The position numbers and the translations under genes are program-made. The notes under the pieces were generated by a model. The model had not been told where the DNA came from. It ran no database searches and worked only from the letters and a program-made list of their open reading frames with translations. Shown piece by piece: positions 17,089 to 23,493 of a stretch of DNA of 45,156 nucleotides; positions within the stretch are counted from its first letter, which is position 1, and each line of letters opens with the position of its first letter. Source of the stretch: an uncultured Candidatus Saccharibacteria bacterium (lineage in GTDB: Bacteria; Patescibacteriota; Minisyncoccia; GWC2-36-17; WO2-46-25); NCBI GenBank assembly GCA_964366905.1, contig CAYIVQ010000001.1, positions 1 to 45,156 of the forward strand, in the 5' to 3' direction.

Positions 17089-17766
17089 ATGACTAATAAG
17101 CATGCAAAATTTATAAAAGCGCTTAGAACAGAGCGGGGTTTTTCGCAGTCTTTTGTAGCGGATAAATTAGATCTTTCACGCCCATCTTATGTGTCAATAG
17201 AAAATGGAAGCAGAGGTCTTACCCTGGCAGAAGCAGAAAAATTAAAAGATTTATTTGGAATCTCTATTGGGGAGTTTGCAAAAGCCACTTTACCAAAATA
17301 TGAAAAGTATAAGCAAATGATTCTTGCTTATTTACAATCACCACTTTCGTCAGATGGAAAAGTTCCAAAAACAAAACTTGCTAAGCTTTTATATTTGGCT
17401 GATTTTGCTTGGTATTACAATAAACTCGAAAGTATGAGTGGAATGCAATATCTCCGTAGAACATATGGGCCAGTTCCTGATCCGTATTTTAGAGCGCTGG
17501 CTGAACTTGAAGAAGAAGGAAAAATAACAGTTGACTATAAAGGCGACGCTGTTCTTGTTGGCGCAGGCGCCAAACATCAAAAACTCGACTTAATAAGTGA
17601 AGATGAGTTAAATTTAATGAAAAAAATATCCACTAAATGGAAAAATAAAAGAACACAGGAAATTGTGGACTTCACTCATGAGCAGTTGCCTTATAAACTT
17701 TGTTCTCCTGACGAAGCAATTCCGTACGAATTGATAATCCAGCAAGATCCGGACTATGTTTACTAA
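17089..17766 (+). CDS. HTH-XRE + Panacea (DUF4065/SocA-like) domain protein, putative PanA-type antitoxin
   Basis: N-terminal IKALRTERGFSQSFVADKLDLSRPSYVSIENG (XRE HTH). C-terminal KTKLAKLLYLADFAWYY...RRTYGPVPDPYF resembles the DUF4065 signature. Confidence 0.7.
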   Translation: MTNKHAKFIKALRTERGFSQSFVADKLDLSRPSYVSIENGSRGLTLAEAEKLKDLFGISIGEFAKATLPKYEKYKQMILAYLQSPLSSDGKVPKTKLAKLLYLADFAWYYNKLESMSGMQYLRRTYGPVPDPYFRALAELEEEGKITVDYKGDAVLVGAGAKHQKLDLISEDELNLMKKISTKWKNKRTQEIVDFTHEQLPYKLCSPDEAIPYELIIQQDPDYVY

Positions 17767-18151
17767 TTATGTTGTTGTTATAGAACAATATGCGGAAAGA
17801 CACTTTATCTCTACTTTTAAAAAGAAATATAAAGGCGCTTGGGATGTCACGTGGGTAGGTATGCATGAGGAATTTAAGCGCATTAATACATTAATTGGTC
17901 GAACAAATATCGCGGAAACCATTACTGAAGCCGGAGATATTAAAATATGTAAAACAGAATTTCGTGTTCATGGCAAACAAGAATCAAGGCATTCATCTGG
18001 AAATAGGTGTATTATCGCTATTCACAAAAATACATCAACAGTTCATGTCTTATTGGTGTATAGTAAAACTGATTTAGGCGGTGGGAATGAAACAGCGAAT
18101 TGGAAAAATAAAGTAAGAGAAAATTATAATCAGTATTCTAAAATAATCTAA
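17756..18151 (+). CDS. putative toxin partner (RelE/HigB-like fold suspected)
   Basis: 11-nt overlap with the upstream antitoxin-like gene. KTEFRVHGKQESRHSSGNRCIIAIHKNTSTVHVLLVYSKTD resembles the GKSGGYR-I...LL.IY.K core of RelE/HigB-type toxins. Assignment is from memory only. Confidence 0.45.
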   Translation: MFTNYVVVIEQYAERHFISTFKKKYKGAWDVTWVGMHEEFKRINTLIGRTNIAETITEAGDIKICKTEFRVHGKQESRHSSGNRCIIAIHKNTSTVHVLLVYSKTDLGGGNETANWKNKVRENYNQYSKII

Positions 18152-18178
18152 GGAGCCTCGCTCGCATTCTCTCGTCAT

Positions 18179-18493
18179 TTGTTTGAGATGGAGGGACTTA
18201 AGCCAGACGGCAAAGAGCCGTACGTGGTGGAGATAAACGAAGTACCGGATATTAACAACGACGGCGCGATAAGTTTGGAAGATGTCGAGGCACTACTTAG
18301 ACGTAATAAAAAATCATCTCGGAAATTACAGGGTAACGGCGATTTCCGAAGTGAAGAATGTATTGAATTACTCAAAGAAGCTGACGTTGTGGTCACGAAT
18401 CCTCCATTTTCACTCTTTCGTGAATATATTGCCCAGCTTGTCGAATACAATAAGAAGTTTCTGATTATCGGTAATGTAAATGCGATTACTTAG
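18179..18493 (+). pseudogene. internal fragment of an EcoRI-methylase-family N6-adenine DNA methyltransferase
   Basis: GDFRSEECIELLKEADVVVTNPPFSLFREYIAQLVEYNKKFLIIGNVNAIT then a stop. Family members normally have ~100 aa more upstream (DEFYT region) and continue after NAITYKE. Both ends are missing here. Confidence 0.65.
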
Positions 18494-18494
18494 A

Positions 18495-18683
18495 AAATGG
18501 GGTCAGGTACCTTTTTAAAAATGAGTCGCAAACAAACACAGAACCAGATGCTTTAAGATATTCAATAAACAAATGGAAACCTTACGAATCAGAAAACTGG
18601 GTAAATAAAATAATTGATAAGTTTGATTTAAAACCAACATTAAGAAGCCTATGGCGGCCTAAAAAAGGTACCTGACCCCATTT
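18495..18683. repeat. 189-bp unit bounded by 22-bp perfect inverted repeats
   Basis: AAATGGGGTCAGGTACCTTTTT (18495-18516) and its exact reverse complement (18662-18683), with a 145-bp AT-rich interior. Begins 1 nt after the truncated methylase ORF. Confidence 0.8.
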
Positions 18684-18733
18684 CTCCAATTTAAAAAAAA
18701 CAGTAAAGAAGATTAGCTATAGAAAAATAATTC

Positions 18734-19300
18734 ATGAAAAAGCAAATAGAGCTTAATGCTAAAAAAGTTGAATATACCCTGAAAGTGAGCAAGCGGGCGC
18801 GAATGATGCGGCTGACTGTTTATTGCGGAGGCGATTTTGTGGTGACGGCTCCGCAAAGCGTAGGAGAAAATGTTATTGAGCAGTTTATCATTAAAAAATC
18901 ACAGTGGGTTATTGATAAGATAAATTATTTAAAACAGTTTCCCGCCGGAACTTTTACAAAAAGTAATCGGGGAGATTTTTTAAAACACAAAGATGTCGCG
19001 TTGAAGCTGGCGGAGAGGCAGATAGAATATTTTAATGATTTTTATAAACTCAAGTTTAATAAGATAAATATAAGAAATCAAAAAACTCGCTGGGGCAGCT
19101 GTTCTAAAAAAGGTAATTTGAATTTTAATTACAAAATCGTACTACTACCGCAACAACTCGCCGACTATATTATTGTCCATGAATTATGCCATCTTGGTGA
19201 ATTTAATCACTCTAAAAGATTTTGGAATCTGGTCGCCAAAATGATCCCAAACTATCAAGAGATGAGAAATGAGTTGAGGAAAAACAGAATTAGTTTATGA
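18734..19300 (+). CDS. M48/YgjP-like (DUF45) metal-dependent hydrolase
   Basis: RWGSCSKKGNLNFNYKIVLLPQQLADYIIVHELCHLGEFNHSKRFW (HExxH). Confidence 0.8.
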   Translation: MKKQIELNAKKVEYTLKVSKRARMMRLTVYCGGDFVVTAPQSVGENVIEQFIIKKSQWVIDKINYLKQFPAGTFTKSNRGDFLKHKDVALKLAERQIEYFNDFYKLKFNKINIRNQKTRWGSCSKKGNLNFNYKIVLLPQQLADYIIVHELCHLGEFNHSKRFWNLVAKMIPNYQEMRNELRKNRISL

Positions 19301-19572
19301 ACTATTTCGTCTATATTCTCAAATGTGCTGATGATACTCTTTATGTCGGCTCTACTAATGATTTGGCAAAGAGGATTATTCAACATAATACGGCAAAGGC
19401 GGGGGCGCATTACACAAAAATCCGGCGGCCGGTGGAGCTGGTATATTCGGAAACTGTGGAAACTCTTTCAAGGGCGCTCAAGCGAGAAGCTGAAATTAAA
19501 CTCTGGCGCAGGGATAAGAAAATAAAACTCATTCAACCCGCGAACACAGAGAGCGGAGCAGTCGCCGTATGA
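19297..19572 (+). CDS. GIY-YIG nuclease-family protein (UPF0213-like)
   Basis: YFVYILKCADDTLYVGSTNDLAKRIIQH...REAEIK. The last 11 codons and the stop come from the intragenic repeat. Confidence 0.85.
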   Translation: MNYFVYILKCADDTLYVGSTNDLAKRIIQHNTAKAGAHYTKIRRPVELVYSETVETLSRALKREAEIKLWRRDKKIKLIQPANTESGAVAV

Positions 19573-19576
19573 CGGC
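19535..19576 (+). repeat. intragenic GC-rich repeat, 42-nt unit, supplying the GIY-YIG C-terminus and TGA
   Basis: AACCCGCGAACACAGAGAGCGGAGCAGTCGCCGTATGACGGC. Read in its third frame (ANTESGAVAV*), with TGA at 19570-19572. Confidence 0.85.
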
Positions 19577-19618
19577 AATCTACGCGGTAAGGGCATATTT
19601 TGTTATTTATTTTATCCT

Positions 19619-19660
19619 TTTCGTCTATCTGTTAAGCTATAGCTTAACAGATAGACGAAA
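19619..19660. repeat. 42-bp perfect palindrome
   Basis: TTTCGTCTATCTGTTAAGCTA|TAGCTTAACAGATAGACGAAA, checked base by base. Centre CTATAG, as in the 2772/3410 palindromes. Confidence 0.9.
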
Positions 19661-19716
19661 CTATAATAAGTTTAAATAGTTTTCGATAGGACTTCCTCTT
19701 TTTCTTAAGATGAGAT

Positions 19717-21195
19717 ATGCTAAGAACTCATCATAAAAGTATGTCTCAAGATAAAATTATCATTAGATTTGACGAAGTGTCCTTTGAATACGGGCACGCG
19801 AAACCCATTTTAGACGAGGTTAGTTTTTCGGTGCGGCAGGGGATGAAGTTTGCCCTGATGGGCCAAAACGGCGCCGGCAAAAGCACGCTTTTTACATTGA
19901 TAACCGGGGACGCAAAACCGGATTCCGGAAAAGTAAGCATAGATGCAAATCTTTCCATCGCGACGGCGCGGCAAGTTATTCCGCGCGATCAATTGGATTT
20001 GACGGTGCGGGAATTTTTTGAAAAGCGCTTCTCAAAAAAAGCGTATGATATAGACCCGAAAATAGACGCGGTCTTAGATATAGTGCATCTTTCAGCGCCG
20101 CGCGACAGAATAATCAAATCATTTTCCGGAGGACAGCAGGCGCGGCTTTTACTCGCTTCCGCGCTTATTCAAAACCCGGATATTTTGCTTCTGGACGAAC
20201 CGACTAATAATTTAGATAAAGAAGGCATCGCGCATCTCACCGATTTTCTCAAAAAATATCAAAAGACGGTCGTCGTTATTTCTCACGATGCCGAATTTTT
20301 AAATTCATTCACCGACGGAGTTTTATATCTTGATGTGTTTACCAGAAAAATTGAGCGGTATGTCGGGAATTATTTTGACGCGGTCAATGAGATTTCCGCC
20401 CGCATAGAAAAAGAAAATAGCAAGAATGCCCAACTCGCGAAAGAGATTCAGGAAAATAAGGACAAGGCGAATTTCTTCGCGCAAAAAGGCGGAGGAATGC
20501 GTATGGTTGCCAAACGCATGCGCGACAAAGCCGAAAAACTTGAAGAAGAAAAAGTTGATGTGAGAAGGGAAGATAAAACTATCCGCCATTTCACGATACC
20601 CGCGCAACAGGATTTAACTGGAGAAATTATCCGCATTACTTCATTTACCACGCTTAAAAATCATAAGCCAACGGCACACAAAACAAATATTTCTTTGAAG
20701 AAGAATAATCATCTTTTGCTTTCCGGTCCTAACGGCATCGGCAAAAGCACTTTGCTTGAGTTAATTACAGAGAATAATGCGCCGGGCATAAGCGTCGCCC
20801 CCAGAGTGAGAATCGGGTATTATCGCCAGGATTTTTCAACGCTCAATTTTGACGATACGGTATATGATTCTCTTTTTTCCATTATGAAAGAGCGGGACGA
20901 ACATGAAATGCGATCAACCGCCGCCGGTTTTCTCATTACGGCAGAGAGTATGCGTATAAAAATTGGGGATCTGTCCGAAGGACAAAAAGGCTTAGTCGCT
21001 TTCGCGCGGCTGGTACTTCAAAAGCCGGGGCTTCTTATTTTAGATGAGCCGACCAATCATATCAATTTCCGCCACATTCCGCTTATCGCCGAAGCGCTTA
21101 ATACCTATCAGGGAGCGATGATTTTAGTCAGCCATGTGCCTTCGTTCGTGAAAAAAATCCGCATTGACGAAGTTTTGGATTTGGAAAAATTATAG
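19717..21195 (+). CDS. ABC-F family ATPase (two ABC domains, no TM)
   Basis: GQNGAGKST / LSGGQQARLLLA / LLLDEPTN, charged linker, then GPNGIGKST / LSEGQKG / LILDEPTNH. Confidence 0.88.
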   Translation: MLRTHHKSMSQDKIIIRFDEVSFEYGHAKPILDEVSFSVRQGMKFALMGQNGAGKSTLFTLITGDAKPDSGKVSIDANLSIATARQVIPRDQLDLTVREFFEKRFSKKAYDIDPKIDAVLDIVHLSAPRDRIIKSFSGGQQARLLLASALIQNPDILLLDEPTNNLDKEGIAHLTDFLKKYQKTVVVISHDAEFLNSFTDGVLYLDVFTRKIERYVGNYFDAVNEISARIEKENSKNAQLAKEIQENKDKANFFAQKGGGMRMVAKRMRDKAEKLEEEKVDVRREDKTIRHFTIPAQQDLTGEIIRITSFTTLKNHKPTAHKTNISLKKNNHLLLSGPNGIGKSTLLELITENNAPGISVAPRVRIGYYRQDFSTLNFDDTVYDSLFSIMKERDEHEMRSTAAGFLITAESMRIKIGDLSEGQKGLVAFARLVLQKPGLLILDEPTNHINFRHIPLIAEALNTYQGAMILVSHVPSFVKKIRIDEVLDLEKL

Positions 21196-21200
21196 AAAGA

Positions 21201-21261
21201 TGCTATAATTTAAATACCGACATTTTTATGTATTTACAAGTTCTGTTTCTGATGCTATACT
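21201..21261 (+). promoter_or_regulatory. two extended -10-like boxes upstream of the SWIB gene
   Basis: TGCTATAAT (21201-21209) and TGCTATACT (21253-21261), each inside a repeated GATGCTATA motif. Confidence 0.4.
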
Positions 21262-21293
21262 AAATAAGGTCTTAATAATTAATAAAAAAATAT

Positions 21294-21548
21294 ATGCCAA
21301 AAGCAAATTCTGCGTTTATGAAGCCGCTGACAGTGAGTGCTGAATTAGCGGAAGTAGTGGGCAAAGGCCCGATGCCTAGATCTGAAGTAGTCAAAAAACT
21401 TTGGGTTTACATCAAAGGAAAGAATCTTCAAGATCCTAAAAATAAGCGCAACATCGTTGCTGATGAAAGCTTAAAGAAAGTATTTGGAGGCAAAGCGGTG
21501 GTCAATATGTTCGAAATGACAAAACTGGTTTCCAAACATCTTTCTTAA
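21294..21548 (+). CDS. SWIB/MDM2-domain protein
   Basis: 84 aa. LTVSAELAEVVGKGPMPRSEVVKKLWVYIKGKNLQDPKNKRNIVADESLKKVFG is a close match to the SWIB consensus. Confidence 0.8.
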   Translation: MPKANSAFMKPLTVSAELAEVVGKGPMPRSEVVKKLWVYIKGKNLQDPKNKRNIVADESLKKVFGGKAVVNMFEMTKLVSKHLS

Positions 21549-21581
21549 AGAGAGAATGAAATAATTTAGTATTTTATTTAG

Positions 21582-21609
21582 AAAAAACGGCGCTTAGCGC
21601 CGTTTTTTT
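21582..21609. terminator. bidirectional rho-independent terminator
   Basis: AAAAAA-CGGCGC-TTA-GCGCCG-TTTTTTT. Confidence 0.8.
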
Positions 21610-21898
21610 GTTGGTAATCTGCACTCGTTGTCTATCTAATCCATGACAGGAAGTGGAAGGAGCGGTATCATCACAACATGTTTGATGCGGTGGCGCTGGG
21701 GGTGGTGGAAATCCAGGGAAAATGATTGGGGCTTGCAAACGCTTATTTCCTATGCCCCATCGAATTCTCAAGGAATTGAATGACTTTTATCTGGTTATCC
21801 ACAGAGGCTCTGAGGAGGTAATAAGCAGGGAGATAGAGACGGAAGGTCAAAGCTCTTAACAATGCTATCAAAGCAATTTAAATTCAAAGTTTAGAAAA

Positions 21899-22429
21899 TT
21901 AGGGAGGGAATAATTCAATATGAAATACTCCTATCCTAATAATATCAAAATAATTAAGAATCATTGCTATAGTATAAATTAAGGGGGTTATGCCTGTAAA
22001 AGCCCCTAGAAATATTAAGGCCAATTTTAATTTCAATCCGTTAATAGTAGTTCCTTTTAATTGTAATTTTTTTATGACACGTATGGCGAAAAGAGTAGAT
22101 GGGATAGAGATAATAGTAGAAACAGGAAAATAATATGGAATAATCACTAAAGAAATAAGCAACGGTGTGAATAAAAAGTCAATACTTTTAAGAGTACCTT
22201 CATGAAGAATATGGAAAATATAATAACGAATAATAAGAATTAAAATGAAAAGTGAAATAAAAAAGATAACGGGTAATATACCAAATACACCCAAGCCAAA
22301 ACTAATCCACGCATCTCGGCGTATCTTTTGATCTAGAAGATTTTGTGATGGAGGAATATCCATAGAGTTACTGACTATAATGATATGATTAAAATTAGAT
22401 TCAATCAACAACATCTGTGGATAATGCAA
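21899..22429 (-). CDS. hypothetical polytopic membrane protein
   Basis: 4-5 hydrophobic helices. A more likely start is MDIPPSQ, internal to the track ORF. No family recognised. Confidence 0.45.
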   Translation of the reverse strand: MHYPQMLLIESNFNHIIIVSNSMDIPPSQNLLDQKIRRDAWISFGLGVFGILPVIFFISLFILILIIRYYIFHILHEGTLKSIDFLFTPLLISLVIIPYYFPVSTIISIPSTLFAIRVIKKLQLKGTTINGLKLKLALIFLGAFTGITPLIYTIAMILNYFDIIRIGVFHIELFPP

Positions 22430-22540
22430 ATACTAACAGGTATGCTGGAATGTGTTTATAGCTTTGTAATTCGAGCACAAAAATAGAAAATATTTTTTGT
22501 GAGTAAGCTGGTTGGCTCTGGCAGTATAAATTTGGATATA

Positions 22541-22806
22541 CTACTTCAACTGAATATACCTTGTTCTTATGGTTCCATCATCCAACTGCACCTGTAACTG
22601 CCAGAGACATTGAGATAATCCTTTTGTGTTTAGATTAAAAATATACTGTTCATTGTTAATGTCATATCTAAATATATTACCTGTATCTGCTCCACTCGTT
22701 GATTCAACAACAATAGGATCTCCTATGGGAGTATCGTTTGAATACTGTTGTAAAGTTAGTGTCGCCTTTGCTGTTGATATGTGTGCGCCATTGAAATCCT
22801 TAATTT
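22541..22806 (-). pseudogene. 3' remnant of a gene (C-terminal ~85 codons), 5' part replaced at a MITE-type terminal repeat
   Basis: The minus strand reads FKEIKDFNGAHISTAKATLTLQQYSNDTPIGDPIVVESTSGADTGNIFRYDINNEQYIFNLNTKGLSQCLWQLQVQLDDGTIRTRYIQLK*. No start codon. A TAA lies immediately upstream, inside the TIR sequence. Confidence 0.5.
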
Positions 22807-22821
22807 CTTTGAATTACGAAA
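22807..22821. repeat. solo MITE terminal repeat
   Basis: CTTTGAATTACGAAA equals the first 15 nt of the 132-bp element. The sequence beyond it is unrelated. Confidence 0.6.
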
Positions 22822-22950
22822 CTCCGCGGACGCTGTTTTTCACAGCCATTATCTAAAACACTCGCTCCTCAGCGATTTCTCTCTTTTTGATATTAATGAA
22901 GAATAAAGTTGTCCTAAAATATGAAGCGCTTCTACCTAAGTTGAGCCATC

Positions 22951-22981
22951 TTGACACATCTGATACACTTTTGATACACTT
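22951..22981 (+). promoter_or_regulatory. candidate promoter/operator of the RHH-RelE pair
   Basis: TTGACA (22951-22956), then direct repeats TGATACACTT at 22961-22970 and 22972-22981 (11-nt period) overlapping a weak -10 (TACACT). Confidence 0.4.
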
Positions 22982-22989
22982 AAATTGAT

Positions 22990-23211
22990 ATGCCAATCAC
23001 CAAAACAAGACTTAATATAAGTTTGCCGGATGATGTACGAAATGCATTAAGCAGGCTTGCCCGTCGCGACCAAGTTCCTCAAGCGACTAAAGCGGCGCGT
23101 CTGCTCGAAACAGCTCTTGAGTTAGAAGAAGACCAAGTCTGGGACGCTATTGCCAAACAGCGAGATATTAAAAATGCGCGTTATCTTTCCCATGATAAAG
23201 CATGGAAATAA
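22990..23211 (+). CDS. ribbon-helix-helix (CopG-like) antitoxin
   Basis: TRLNISLPDDVRNALSRLARRDQVPQATKAARLLE. 10-nt overlap with the downstream toxin. Confidence 0.75.
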   Translation: MPITKTRLNISLPDDVRNALSRLARRDQVPQATKAARLLETALELEEDQVWDAIAKQRDIKNARYLSHDKAWK

Positions 23212-23483
23212 TGTTTAATGTTGTCTATCATTATTTAGTGGTTTCTCATGACATTCCTAAGCTTTCCAGTGAATGGAAGAAAAAGATTAGACGAGCGATC
23301 GAAGAGCGTCTCTCTATATATCCTGATCTTTATGGCAGACCGCTAAGACGATCATTGAAAGGATACCGGAAGCTCCGCATAGGTAATTATCGAGTTATTT
23401 TTAGCATTGAGGAAAATACGGTAAAAATTCTCATTATTCAGCACCGTTCAGTGGTTTATGATGAAGTTTCAAAACGAATATAG
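23202..23483 (+). CDS. RelE/StbE-family toxin
   Basis: 93 aa. LKGYRKLRIGNYRVIFSIEENTVKILIIQHRS is the typical RelE/ParE core. Confidence 0.8.
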   Translation: MEIMFNVVYHYLVVSHDIPKLSSEWKKKIRRAIEERLSIYPDLYGRPLRRSLKGYRKLRIGNYRVIFSIEENTVKILIIQHRSVVYDEVSKRI

Positions 23484-23493
23484 ATTGCAGAAA

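Noticed and set aside
18494-18661. A possible coding continuation of the methylase, or a small ORF inside the inverted-repeat unit (frame-shifted LENGVRYLFKNESQTNTEPDALRYSINKWKPYESENWVNKIIDKFDLKPTLRSLWRPKKGT).
   Set aside because: It has no start codon and no resemblance to the expected methylase continuation (NAITYKE...). The frame is bounded by the inverted repeats themselves, so I leave it as non-coding.
19686-19694. A shared 9-mer ATAGGACTT upstream of both ABC genes (19686 and 28364), as a possible common regulatory word.
   Set aside because: A single 9-mer coincidence on two strands of 45 kb is not statistically meaningful.
21643-21675. SRP (4.5S) RNA-like word CATGACAGGAAGTGGAAGGAGCGG, which resembles the conserved CAGGUCCGGAAGGAAGCAGC of helix 8.
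   Set aside because: The bases flanking the putative GGAA tetraloop cannot pair (AAGU versus GGA), so the defining helix-8 structure cannot form. I treat it as a chance resemblance.
21694-21710. A possible att-type direct repeat of the tRNA-Gln 3' end (AATCCAGG), which would delimit an integrated island.
   Set aside because: Only 8 nt match, which is well within chance for 45 kb, and no integrase is present.
21574-21771. A minus-strand 65-aa ORF (PGFPPPPAPPHQTCC...).
   Set aside because: It is a low-complexity proline run produced by a G-rich stretch, it starts inside non-coding DNA and it overlaps the terminator. It is not protein-like.
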